NCBI RefSeq assembly: GCF_009914755.1
Contig: NC_060926.1
Length of the DNA stretch: 64,000 nt
Reading direction: 5' to 3' (one strand)
DNA from: the human T2T-CHM13v2.0 reference genome, Homo sapiens
The notes beneath the pieces were generated by a model. That model saw nothing but the letters and a program-made list of their open reading frames with translations, was not told the DNA's origin and did not search any database. The position numbers and the translations under genes are program-made. Each line of letters begins with the position of its first letter. The stretch's first letter is position 1. Positions 26,225 through 39,893 of this stretch are shown one piece after another.

Positions 26225-28402
26225 TTTACTTTCAAATAACATTATTTTGCTTTGTGGATAGTGCAAGTACCTTATAACCTATAAATAGGCAGAATATTCC
26301 CTATTTCTGCCTCCCACTTCTTGTAACATTGCTCTGGTCATTTCAATTAACCATAAGCTATAATCATCAAGTACATTGTTGCTATTATTATTTTAAACCG
26401 ATTTGGTTAAACCAATTAAACATTTAAAAAATGCTTTATTTTACCTTAGTTTATTCCTTCTCTAATGCTCTTCCTTTTTTTCAATGTAGATATGAGTTTC
26501 TGACTTATAAAATTTTTCTTCTTTTCTGAAGAACTTCCTTTTAACATTTCTTGCAAAACTGATGTACTGATGGCAAATTTCCTCAATTTTTGTTCAAGAA
26601 AAGCTATTTCTCCTTACTTTTGAAGGATCATTTTACTGAATACAGAATTCTATGTTGGTGTATTTTTTATTTCAACACCTTAAATATTTCACTTCACTTT
26701 CTTCTTGCCTGGCTTCTGAAGAAAATTTCTAAGTAATTCTTATCCTTATTCTTCTACAGGTAAGATGTTTAGCCTCAGCTCTCCCCTACCCCCCAGCTTC
26801 TTTTAAGATTTTTTTGTTATCTTTGATTTTCTGTAATTGGAATATACTATGTCTAGGTATAGATTTTCATTTAGAATTTATACTGCTAGGTGTTCTCTGA
26901 GTTCTGTGAGTTCTGTTGAGTTTCCTGAATCTGTGGTTTGGTGTCTGTCATTAATTTTGAAAAATTCTCAGTCATTATTACTTCAAATATATTTACTATC
27001 CCTTTCTCTATTTTCTTTCTGATATTCACATTGCATGTATGTTACATATTTTGTAACTGTCCCTCGGGTTACATATATCTTATTCTGAATTTTTTATTCT
27101 TTTTTTTTCTCTCTTTGTATTTCAGTTTGAGAAGTTTCTATTACCATATCTTCAAGCTCAACAATTTTTTTCTTTGACTTTGTCCAGTCTCCTGATGAGC
27201 CCTTCAAAGACATGCTTCATTTCTGTTAAAGTGTTTTTAATTTCTAGCATTTCCTTTTAATTACGTATCACTCTTTCTTAAAGTTTCCATGTCTCTGCTT
27301 ACATCATGCATCTGTTCTTCCATGTTGCCCACCTTTTCTATTAGAACCACTAGTATATTAATCATAGTTGTTTTCAATTCCCAGTTCAATAATCCCAGCA
27401 GTTTTGACACATCTGAGTCTGGTTCTGTTGCTCGTTCTGTCTCCACAGACTATAAGTTTTGTCTTTTACCATGCCTTGTTATTTTTTGTTGAAAGCCAGA
27501 CATGAAACACTGAATAAAAGACACTGAAGAAAGATAGGCCTTTTATGTGAGGCTTTATGTTAGTCTGGCTAGAGGTTAGGTTATGTTTACTATTCGCTTT
27601 AGCTGTGACATCAAAAGCTAATTTTTTTTCTAGTGTCTTTGTTTTTGTCTCCCGTGTTGTCTTTGGGTACCCCTAGAGACTCCCCCTTAAATAGAATCTG
27701 AGGCATGCAGTTCTTTTAGTTGTAATCCTCTATCATTGTGTAGAAGGGGTAGCATTCTATAGTCCTAAGATTAGGCCACAGTCTTTTAGTGAGCCTGAAT
27801 TGGGTTTCCCTTCTCCATGTCAAAGGCTAGATGGGGCTGTAGTTGGGTATTTCCTTCACCTAGGTCATGCTAGGTTAGGCTCTGGTAAAATTCTAAATGA
27901 TTCTGGTTAAATAATTTCCTTGAGTGCAAGACTTGTTAAAGAGAACAAAACTTGCTCCATAAATTTTAAAATATTTACCATCTCCTCTTCCTGCTGGATG
28001 TACGAGGGGATTTTTCTCCAATTTCACTGTGAGAATCTGGTAGGGTTCCTAAGGGTAAAACTCCAATGAGACCCTAAGAATGAGCCCTACCTGAGCTTTT
28101 AACTTCCATGCTAATCCACACCAAGCCTCCAGCAACTCATCATTTACAGTTTAAAGTGTTTCCACCAATACCAGCGTCAGCTCTGGGCATCTGCTCCTGG
28201 GCTCTGCTGCAAGTAAGCTGTGCTTCTCTGTATTTGCTTGTCTGTCTCTCCAGTTTTGACAGCAGCAATTTTCTCCATGACCTAAGTTCTCTGATATATC
28301 TAAGAACAGTTGCTGAGTTTCACTTTGTTCTGCTTTTTCCTTATTGTGAGGATAGGAGTTATGACTTCCAAGAACTTTACATATTGGACAAGATACTGGA
28401 AG
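26225..28402 (-). mobile_element. Ancient L1M (L1MC/MD-type) 5'UTR-ORF1 region
   Basis: Minus ORF 27261-27446 (ATEPDSDVSKLLGLLNWELKTTMINIL...EKVGNMEEQMHDVSRDMETLRK) is a decayed L1M ORF1p; 5' terminus CTTCCAG...ATGTAAAGTTCTTGGAAGTCA on the minus strand. Confidence 0.85.
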
Positions 28403-28429
28403 GCCATGATCTCCATTTTCAAGAGAATA

Positions 28430-28625
28430 ACGAATATCACATACCAGGCACTTACATATTATATCATGTAAGAGTCATGAAATACTACTATGGAGATCAT
28501 CCCCATTTTACAGAGTAGAGAATTAAGGTTGAGGAAAGTTAATCAACTGGTCCAAGATTACATAGGTACTAAGTTATAGAGTTAGAATTAGCATAGGCTT
28601 GATTCTAAAGCTGTTACTATTATCT
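28430..28625 (-). mobile_element. MIR SINE
   Basis: ATCCCCATTTTACAGAGTAGAGAATTAAGG...TCCAAGATTACATAG. Confidence 0.8.
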
Positions 28626-29569
28626 TCCAGTAAGAATATGACAATAATGTAGAAGCAAGGACAGCACACAAGTAATGTTAATTTTGAGAGGAGAGTGGGG
28701 TCCAGTTAAAGGAAAATCGTCATACCAGGAAAGGTGGCAGTAACATGTTGAGTGTGTGTGTAGGTTTCTTCAGCTTGAATAAGTAGTTTGATTGTGTAGT
28801 GGAACAGGAGAATGCTGGAGGGGCATGTTTGGTGCAGAAGATTGTGGTATTTGTTTTCTTAAAGTAGTTTTACTTTAGTTTTAATTAAAGGGAGGACTTT
28901 TTTTTAATGCATCTAGAAAACACTATCCTTTCCCAAGGCTAAAGGGATAATCACTTATACATTCAATTATGTAACTCCCCAAAGAATGAACAATATTTAA
29001 TGAACTACAGGTGCACAAAAAATATCTTTGATTTTAACAACATGTGCCCTCTAAATGTGAAGACTTTCTGCAGTGTAAGGTGGGTTGCCAGTTTCGTAGC
29101 GTTGCATGTTTTTGGGGAAGGTGAAGAGAACAGTATTGTTTCTCATTTAATTTTCAGTATTATAAAAGCTTATGTCTCCATTTCCTCCAAAAACATCTGT
29201 TAAACTACAAAGCTAATTCAAGCAAACAAAAGAACTTGAAAGAAAGACCAAATGCTCTGTCTCCAAGAAGACATATTTAGCCTGGCTCTAATTGACATTC
29301 ATATGCATTCAAGAGCAATTAAACTCTCAAAAAAAGCAGCACAACAACAGGAGTCTGGAACTAGCCTTGTTTTTAAGCATTTTAGAGTTCCATTTCAGGG
29401 AAGGAAGGCCTGCAGAGCCTGTTTCCATTAGCTGTTGTATTTCTAGCTCTGTAAGACAGTAAACAGTCAGTCTTCTCAGGTGCTATTTTTTGGGAAAATT
29501 TCAGACTTGATTAAAAACAATAAAAGAAAAAAAATCTTACCACCTCAACCACCAATCTAAAGTAGCCCC

Positions 29570-29778
29570 CACTTCTAGGGATTTTATCCCTACATTCTAA
29601 TTCATTCATGGTGCTTATAACTGTCAGGAAATATTTGTGTACATGTTTATTTTATATCTCCCCCATTATAAGGTAAGTTCAATGAGAGCTGGAACCTTAC
29701 CTGCTGTACATCCCACTCCCTTGCCACTTATAGGTGTTCAACGAATATTTTTAAATGAATAAATAAATGAGTGAGTAG
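29570..29778 (+). mobile_element. L2 3' end
   Basis: GTAAGTTCAATGAGAGC...TAGGTGTTCAACGAATATTTTTAAATGAATAAATAAATGAGTGA. Confidence 0.75.
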
Positions 29779-30143
29779 AATTTCTGTTCCTAGAGTAATA
29801 GAAATTATAGTCAAGTCTTGCTCGAATCTTACGTTACCATTACATTTCAGTTTACTGTTTTACTTCTTGACATTGAAAGTCTTGGCTGTGGCAGACTTAT
29901 TGGTGTGTTATAATTTTGGTGTATGTTACATAAACTCTTCCCATCCTCCTAGTTTAGCTGCTGATAACCCTTCCAGATTTGAACTGATCAGAGGAGGAAT
30001 AATAAGTACATTTTATTCTTTGTGTTTAAGTTCAAAAGGCACTCTCAGGTATAAGGAAACAAAAATTGAAAATGAGAATAAATGTGATAGATCCAATTTC
30101 CTTCCACCTAGATCCCTGAATAAAGCCACTTAAAAATCTTCTA

Positions 30144-30213
30144 GCCAAGATCGTGTTACTGCACTACAGCCTGGTGACAGAGCGAGACTCCATCTAAAAA
30201 AAAAAAAAAAAAA
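30144..30213 (+). mobile_element. Severely 5'-truncated AluSc with TSD
   Basis: GCCAAGATCG...CAGCCTGGTGACAGAGCGAGACTCCATCT plus poly(A); 12-bp TSD AAAAATCTTCTA at 30132-30143 and 30214-30225. Confidence 0.9.
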
Positions 30214-31384
30214 AAAAATCTTCTAATCAGGGTAAGGAGGAGATTAGCAGGTAGGTCATTTATTGGGTTTGTGACACTGTGTGCATGAACCCCCACCTCG
30301 GCAATATTGAGGCTGAGAATGAGGTTGACAAATATGAGCAGGAATGTAGTGTAGCTGAGCTTTGCTTGTCCAGCCCAGAGTCCCTATGATAGGCAGGGGA
30401 CACGTGATGTGTCTCTTGTCTACAAGGCGGCAGGAATTATAGAGATGCTCAGAGGTTTGCATCTCTATAAAAATGAGATGCAAAGTGAGTTTATGTTTGT
30501 AACTCAAAGCCTTCTACAGCATCAGGATGAGCTGTCCTAATAGACTAACCATCCCAGTGCTCGTAAGTAAGATACAGAAGGGCTAAGGGAGGGCTGAAAA
30601 AGCTCAAAAGGCCTGAGAATGTGAGCAAGGAAGAATCCAAGTAAGTGTATGAGGCTACAAGCTAAATACTAGGCAGGGGTTTGGATACCTCAGTGAAGTT
30701 ACAGGAACAGAGTTCATCAATCAAAATCCTTAACCTGATGACTGGTCACCACAGTGAGTGTCGGCATGAAGAGAATGTGTTTGAAGACCACATAAGAAAA
30801 GGTATAGTATCTCACAGATTGCCAGTTTAGGATATAACCATAGTGAAACTATGGAATGGTGGTTCTCATTCTTCATTATTGCTTTTGTAGTGGCAGTTGT
30901 TCAAATTTTCTAGAGATTTAAATCAATATGGGGAAAAGGGAGACAGAGAATAAAATCTGAGAGTGATTTTAAAATTTGAATATGACTGCATTATAAACCT
31001 GAATTGAATGAGAAGTGACTAAATGGGAAGAAATTTACCTGAAAGCAACTTGATATCAGTTTTCTGCTACTGAGAAGAATGGAAGCTTAATGATAGAAAT
31101 TATATTTGACTATAGAAAAATAAGTTACATTTTTGCATGTATCAGTTTGTGGTTACATTTGAATCCATTATATAGTCCCAGCAATTTTTCTTTTATGGTT
31201 TCAATTTCTGATGATTTTCTTTTTTAATCTACTAGCACTTATTTGTATGTTCTACCTTTGTTTCTGGAACCATTCGTCATTCAACTATTTCATCAATAGT
31301 TTTTAAAACAATGTGGGAAACAGTGCAGGAAAGTCAAGAGGCAGAGAAGCACTTACTCACTGTAGTTAAAAGAATAGCATTCCT

Positions 31385-31761
<377 letters not shown>

Positions 31762-33989
31762 TCATTTAGATTTTACCACTTCAATTCCAATTTCCTGGCT
31801 ACTCAAGCCCACGATGTGATCCCTTCCTCTAAACTCTTAAAGTATGTGCAGTCTCTACCTTCAAGTTAAGAACTGAATTATAATAGCCCATCTTTGTTGT
31901 CTGCTGTTTTCTTCAAAATAATTTCTTTTCTAATTTTGTCAGTTAGACTCTCCAATTCAAGTGAGCTCCCTAAGATCTTCTTTGAACACAAGGTCTTACA
32001 TTTAGATTCAAAGTAACATTTTGATTTAGAATTAAAGTTGAGTGGGTTTACATAACCTGGGTGGCTCTAAACCCAACCAATCAACTAATTCCTTTCAAAG
32101 GAGTAGATCAATATGATCCCAATTTGAGATATCATAACTCATACTAAATTCAAAGCATGTTTAATCAATTTAACACGTAATGTGCTTTCTAAATGGCATA
32201 ATATTGGGTGGATTTCTGTGGCAATAAAAAGGTGGGTAGAATTTACATCCTACATTAATAGGATTTTTGTTCTTGATTCTAACACAGTCACATTAATCCA
32301 GCAAAACCCTGCCTTGGCCCTTTCTAGTCTCTTTCTCTGCCTTTCCCACCACTTAGCGTGCTAGATGTAGGTACCTGAGGACACATTCAGATCTAAATCC
32401 ATTCAGAGAATGGGGTGTGTTTAATAAAAGTGGTAATGCAATTGCTTGGATCACTGCCCTCAGGGAAGTGTAAAAGTTGTATTGAGATTCAAAGTGAAGA
32501 ATAGAAAAAAAAAATACTTCTTGCCTGGTTTTTAAATCAAATCCCAGGCTAAAAGTTGAGAATATGTTTGAGTTTGCTTCAGCATTGCTGAAGTCCTATT
32601 CTTGATGTTATGTCCAGTGACTTAGTAATCTTTTATTGGAATATGTGAATTAGATATTCTTTCAAGTCACTTTTCATAGGCATCCAGATGGGTGATGGAG
32701 ATAGATTTGTACCCATCATCTGACCATCACTCTGGCTCTTATTCGACTTGGCAGGTTTGATGAAGAGCTGTATTTGCACATTGGCAGATTCTTTGATGGG
32801 CCTATTTTTAATATTGACGACATGAAGTGACTTTCCCACTTTGAGCTTTTTGTTTACAGAAATTTGACCTCCATCCTTACTTTCTTATGCATATTATTAC
32901 AGTTCTTTTCCATCTTTTGCATCTGCAGTGTTGGTCAAATCTTTAACAGTTACTAAACATGATTATGATGCCATCTTTATTATGATTCTAGTGACACATG
33001 TGTCCTATGTTGAAAAGATTGCACTAGTAACATCAGAAAGGATTCTTCTATTTAACTTGCAGGGTGTCATCATGCTGCTGCCTTAATATAAGTCTTCAAA
33101 GGTTCTTTCCCTTCCTTTCCATTACCTTCATTGAAGTGAATTTGTTTTACTCTCCTTCCTAAATAATGACATGCTGGATTGTGGCAGCAGTGAGTAATCT
33201 GAAAAGATATCCCCTCTTTCATGGCAAGGAAGTTATGTTGGAACTGTTAGGGACTGCTAGGACACATTGCTATTTCCATGATTAGACAAATTGTTGTTGG
33301 AAAACTACCAACAGAGACTGGTTTCATTTGCCTGTTGCCTTGAGTGAGGAAGTCTAAGAACATCAAGAAGTTATCAAGGAGCCAGAATAATTTAAAACCA
33401 TCTTGGTGTTTTGGAAGGGGTGTTGTTTATTGCTTAATGACATGTGAGTTTCACTCCTCTGGTGGACATTTTACTGCTTTTAATTTTGAGTCACATCAGC
33501 ATACTTTAGAGTGACATTTTAATTTGTCCTTTCTATGGCTCTAAGGCTACCAGTAAGGCCCTGCGAAACTGCATTTAGCATTGGAGCTACAGATAATCTA
33601 TTCCTACATTTGAGCCATATATAATCAAGGTTATTTTCTACTCTTATCTATGGAAATGTTTCCATCACTTGATAAAACTTTGAAATTCGCCAGTGGTACC
33701 TATTTTACCGTCAATTGGAATGGGCTTAGAGATACATTGTACATTCAGTGTTCACAACTTTTTCTAAGTGAATGGTGTAGCCTGTAATATCATCACACTT
33801 CTGAATTGCACATTTGTTGCTAGAAAATGAGAATATACATCTTTACATAAATGTTAACCCTGAAAGAATAATTTGAATTGTGTATTTGTGAAAAATATTC
33901 TAAAAGTAAACTTCTGGGTTGGAAATGGAAGAATAGGTCATGGAAATATGTTCTGGTAAATGGACAATTATTTTGATTTTTGGTTAGTG

Positions 33990-34305
33990 TTTGCTTGTTT
34001 GTTTGTTTGTTTTTTGAGACAGGATCTCACTGTCTCACTCTGTTGCCTTGCCTGGAGTGCAGTGACACAATCATGGCTCACTGCAACCTTGATCTCTCCT
34101 GGCTCAGGTGATCCACCCACCTCAGCCTCCCAAATAGCTGGGACTACCAGCATATGCTACCACACCTGGCTCCTTTTTGTATTTTTTGTAGAGATGGGGT
34201 CTCACTATATTGCCCTTACTGGTCTTTAACTCCTGGGCTCAGGCAATTGGCCCACCTTAACCTCCCAAAGTGCTAGAATTACAGATGTGAGCCACCGCGC
34301 CCAGC
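33990..34305 (-). mobile_element. AluJb-like SINE
   Basis: GGCTCAGGTGATCC, TTTTTTGTAGAGATGGGGTCTCACTAT, CTCCTGGGCTCAGGC; (TTTG)n tail. Confidence 0.92.
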
Positions 34306-34608
34306 TGGAAAATTTTTCATATGCATTTAGCTACACTTGTTTCTGAATTTCCATTAGCACGGCAAAAAAGCATTAATATCCAGGGAAAAACATTTTATGT
34401 CAGGCCAAGACACCAGAATGAGTGCCAGCTGCCAGTCAAAAGTTGGATGGGATATACTATAATATAAAGTCAGTTTGAGGAAGGGCTGGCCAGTGGGCAA
34501 TTCATTTTATGAGAAAGAAAAATCTTCCTGAGAAGAGAAATGAAAGAGGCTCCTAAAAGAACACTACTAGCAACCATGAACTTGGAGCAGCTAGAAAAGG
34601 AGACTGAG

Positions 34609-34911
<303 letters not shown>

Positions 34912-35689
34912 GAAAAGGAGACTGAGATGGGTTCTAGGTTAAGAGAGGGAGAAGAAGAGAAGTAAATGCTACCATTGCCTTTGGGAAGAGGTCCAGACAT
35001 TGGGATCCAGTTATGGTGCTTGCTCAAGGTGTATGCTTTAGGCAAAGGGTCATTCTAGTGGCAGTGCTGGCCTGGTTTGTTATAAGGTGGACAGTTGTGC
35101 CAGTGCAGAAGGGTGCTTTAAGCACATGTTGACTTTAAGCCACCACAATTTATATTCAAAAGACAATCGTTGATTTTCTGGTGATATATCTGCTGGGTGA
35201 TGGCTCATGGGTCCTTGCTGTTTTTAAAGGCCACGTAATTGTGATAGATCAAATTGAAACTGTACAAAATTTAAATTTATCTCTTCTTCATTCATCTATG
35301 TTAGACATACTTAAATGGGGGCACCTATGATTTCAAACAGAGCTCATCATAATTAGGCACATTTATATTTTGATCAGTAGGAGGAAGTAAATAGAAAACT
35401 ACCAGACATAGGAAACAACTGAGCAGTTCATAATAAGAAATTACTAGAACATACACCTTTGTAAATAATTTCTGTAACAAACTACAAAACTTTCTTAGAA
35501 AATGTTTCATTCGTGGTCACACCCAATTTTAAAGGTTTTTGTACCTATCATATTAGGATACATTTATAATTGTGAAACAAGTTGAGGTCAGAAGTGACTA
35601 TTTTAGAGACTAAAAATATGGCTTCTTAATTTAAAGTTGCAAAGAAACCTGTGAATAGTAGCATCAGTTCTAAAGTAAAACAAGTCAAT

Positions 35690-35900
35690 GAATCAGAGGA
35701 TCAACGTGAGAAAGTTGCCCAGCAGTTAGAGAAAAATAATGACAGAAAAACATGAGATCCATGACGACAAATTTAGGACAAATGTATAATGGAAATTCCA
35801 GAAAAAGGGAAAAAGACTGCAGGAAAAAAAAAAAGAAAGAAATAATGGGCATAACAATAGAAGAAAACACAACTGTCAAATAATAAAAAGCTAGAATTTC
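35690..35900 (+). mobile_element. Probable old L1M/HAL1 ORF1 fragment
   Basis: A-rich ATAATGGAAATTCCAGAAAAAGGG...AAAGAAATAATG...TAGAAGAAAAC resembles the ORF1 'IIGIPE...EIIEEN' region. Confidence 0.45.
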
Positions 35901-36182
35901 ATTTTAATGAGCCTTCTGGAAACAGATCCTCTTACAATGCACTGGCAAGATTATAATTTTTTAACTTTCAAAAAGAATGAAATATTTCCCCAAATTTTTA
36001 AGTAAAATCAAAGGAATTTGCCATATTAGAATCTAGTCCAGGATTTAAGTTTAAAGAAAAGATGATAGCACACACACACCTTTTACATGTTTTACATTAA
36101 ATAAAACATGTTATTGTTAAGTATTATATATGAGTTCAAAAGAAAAATTTCAATCACCAAGAAGAGTATAGAAGAAGCAATA

Positions 36183-36435
36183 ATATAGCTAGTGGTTAAA
36201 TGTGCAGTTTCTGCAGCTAGAGTGCCTGGATTTGGATCCAGCCTTACTGCTTACTGTCTGTGCGACATTGGGTGGTTTCTTAACCTCTCTGGGCTTCAGT
36301 TTCCACATCTACCAACTGGGAATAATATGTTCATATCTACCTATTAGGTCTGTTTTGAGGATCAAAAGATAGAACACATGCAAAGCATGTAAAAGGTCAT
36401 TTGGCAGATTGTGAGAAATATTACCTATGTTTATT
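36183..36435 (+). mobile_element. MIR SINE, near full length
   Basis: ATAGCTAGTGGTTAAA...TGCCTGGATTTGGATCC...CTTAACCTCTCTGGGCTTCAGTTTCCACATCT. Confidence 0.85.
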
Positions 36436-37089
36436 AAAGATGTGAACCTTAATTTCTGGCAATATTTATGTCTAAATGGTAAGACTAATGGTAGCTTTTA
36501 TTTTCTGATGTTTGACTAACTGGTTCTAACCTATGAGCCTCATCACATCTCTATTTAGGTATCAGCAACAGCCTGGCAACACCATTATCTCAGACGTCTG
36601 CTCCCAGACTCCTCTGAGATCCTAAATATGTTCATTCCCAAGAGCATCCTTTTCCATATTTGACTACCAGCTCTTTGAGGCCCCTCTCTGAGCTCCTGGG
36701 CTCTGCCTATACCTACTTTCTTCCTTCAGTGCACCTAGCTTTTGGAGTAGTAATTTCCCCTGCTGTCATTATCTCTGGAGTACCTCAGCATTTCTTCTCC
36801 TTTTTCCTATAACAAATTCCCACTGTTGGAATAGATAATGTAGTTCTTGTTTTCCTGGCGGAACTCTGGCTGATATAAGAGGCATTTGTGAATTTGGGAA
36901 TTTGATTAACTCCTGAAGGTTAAGAAGCTGTTGCTCTTTGTGGAAGAGGAGTTGAATGAAGTCTGATTCCTTTTTCACATGGCATCCTCCTGTTTACACT
37001 CAGGTAAATAGTCTGGACAAATGGAGTACAAGAAATATGAAGTTCTTGGAAAAAAGGCAGAATCATAAGTCATTTGTGTTCTCTACCAG

Positions 37090-37445
37090 AAAAGATTGAC
37101 TTGTGCTATCAGGAACAGAAGACCTGACTAATAGGTACTTAAATACATAGGGAGTTAGATTATGCACTAGAAGGTCTGGGCCTGGGAAATCTGTAGTTTG
37201 TAAGGTCAATCAAGACCTTCTGGATTTAAGAAATCAGACTCTGTTTTCCTGTGTTGCTATCTTCAGCATGTGGATTTTGTATTCATGGTCCCATTTACTG
37301 CTACATTTTCTTATTACAGGTGGGAAGAAGATAGGAGAAAGGGTGGTATCCATATATTTCTCCTATTTCATTGGTCAGAACTGTATCACAGGACTTCACC
37401 TGAAGCTGGAAAACGAGACAGGAAATTGAGATTTTACGGATTTTT
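37090..37445 (-). mobile_element. Old MLT1 LTR fragment
   Basis: TGCTATCTTCAGCATGTGG...TCATGGTC; TTTCATTGGTCAGAACTGTATCACA. Confidence 0.55.
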
Positions 37446-39849
37446 TTTTAACTCTTTAAGTCGAGGTTGGCAAGAGAGAAGGGCAACTATGCTACTCATT
37501 ATGCCACTCCTTATACATCCATTATATTACATGAGTGCCCCATGGTAAACTGCTGTATTTAAGACCCAATATACAGCATTTATATTACTGGTGCAAGAGG
37601 CTGATTATATATTGTTCATTCAAGTAGAGTCTTAAGTTCTCCATTATTTGCTTTCTGTATTTGTACAGAAAAGATATGTTGTGAGCTCAAAGGAGCAGAA
37701 AACAAAGCCAATTTTTGCTAGCATACTTAGCCACCCATTCTGTAGCATTTGAACTTTGCTGATGGTCGTTTACCATGCAAGAGCGACTCTCTTCTGTACT
37801 TTCACCATTTGCTACAAGGTCACCCTTGAAGAGCTGCAAGACAAACTCACTGACGTCTTCAGCAAAATGCATTGCCCTCCTTCTTAATTAGCTGCTGGGA
37901 AGGAGTAGATTGTTTTGCCATTCCAGTGTCCCCATTTAACTCATTGGGACTTGGCTCTGCTGGTGGAGAAGGGGCTAGGAACAGCTCTTGATGACACAGC
38001 CTAATGAGGCTATCAGTAACACACTGATGCGATTAGACCTCGAAGCATCTCAAATATGTAAGGAGGCAACCTGCACAATACTGTGAAAACCTAGAGCAAG
38101 AAAAGGATTTAGTGATTGTGTTTTATTTAACTAAGATGAAAGCAGCAATCTTCCCATCAGGCACTATTTATGATTAATTAAGATAGATTCTGTAAAGCAA
38201 TCTATGCTTTTTTGTGCTCAAATGGAGGCATGCTAACAAGAGAGGACAATCATAAAGCTCCACAATCTGAACAGTAATGAGCCTGGCTCCAGCCCCACCA
38301 GCTAAATTTCATCTCAGTGACATTCAAGGTTTGGCAGCCACCTCCAAGCCTCATCACAGATGCTAATAGCAAATCAACTGAAATGGATGATGCGGGTAAT
38401 GCCAAACCTGCAATGATTTGTGTCTTTTTAAAAGCTCTCTTCCAATTTTCTATAGATTTGCTAGAGGTGGATGAATACATACATGGCATGCATGTGGGTG
38501 CAGAGGGGAGAAAAGCAGAGGGAAGATGAACACATTTCAAGGTGGGCTTCAGAAAACAGATAGGGGAAGGGGTAGAGAAAAAGAGACAACTGCCTGGGTG
38601 GGTCCAGAATTCATAGACGGCCAAGACTTTGAAGCGTACTTACATACTGATTAGTATTTATGAGCATCTTTGATCATCCCTCAAAATGATAATTCTGATG
38701 ACATTCAAGATGTTACCCGCAGTTACCAAAAATGACCAAACAAATATATTTTGAAGCCACTGGACTAATCTAGAAAACTGCAAAACAATGACAATAATAG
38801 CACAACAGTGGCTTTCTCGCTAAAATCTTCTAATGTCAGAGACCTATTCATTTTTCAAGTTATTTCAATGGATTTGGGCCAAAAATCAGTTTCTTATTTA
38901 ATAAACTGTGGTGTCCGTTAATGTGTGCCAATCATTTTGAAGGAAACAAAAGAAGGGATTTATTTTACCAATTTCCTTTGAAATACAAAAAATATTTCAT
39001 GCTTCCATTTATTTTATACCTATTTATTGAATGTCAATCATGTGCCAGGTGATATAATAGGTTTTAGAGATACCTGACAAAAAATATAAACATGTATTCT
39101 GACTTCATAAGACATGTCCATTATGTGGGATTCAGAGGAAGAAGCAGGCAATTAAAACAAAACATGATTTATGCTGTAAAGGGAGAAATACAGAGTCCTA
39201 AGAGAGAAATAAGAATACCCATAACCAAGAAATAATGATGTTGAGGAAGGGGCAATACCAGAAAATTTCTTAGAAAAAGGAATGTCTATGCTGTGACATG
39301 AATGATTAACAGAAACTGGCTGAGAACAAGAGTAGGGTTTGTGTGTGAAAAGGGTATTCTGGAATGATGAAACAGCTCACAAAAAAAAAGAGGTTAGAGG
39401 CTAGAGAGAGAAAGACATATTCAGAAAACAAAATTTTTCCATATGGTTAGTGTGAGTGAGGGGGTGGGAGGGAAAGGGATTTCGTGTAAAATCACGTAAA
39501 GGAGTTTCAACTAATTCTAAAGTATTCTTAAACCATTGTATGCCCTCATGAAATCTGTGTTTTGGAATTAAGGAAGAGTGATCTATGATGGGTGAAACTA
39601 AGGATTAGGACATGAGTTAATAGGTGGTTGTGGGGATAAAACCAGATGAAGGTATTCTTCTGAGAAGCAGGATAAAAGCAGTGCAATTGTGACAAATGAA
39701 GATCTTTGGAACTCTTTAGGAAGCAAAATCAATAGGCATTGGGGACTAATTATATGACAGACCTTCTGGATAAACCCAAGACCATGGTAGATAATGGTGA
39801 TCTGAGATAGAAAATCCAATATGAGGGACTTGGGATCTGGGAAGGAAGG

Positions 39850-39893
39850 TCTTCTTCTTCTTCTTCTTCCTCTTCCTCTTCCTCTTCTTCTTC
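39850..39893. repeat. (CTT)n/(CCTCTT)n pyrimidine tract at the L1 3' end
   Basis: (CTT)6(CCTCTT)3(CTT)2. Confidence 0.92.

Noticed and set aside
37687-37872. Minus ORF MHFAEDVSEFVLQLFKGDLVANGE... as a coding exon
   Set aside because: An acceptor-like TTGTCTTGCAG is present, but the donor is weak (ATG|GTAAAC) and the peptide is unrecognised.
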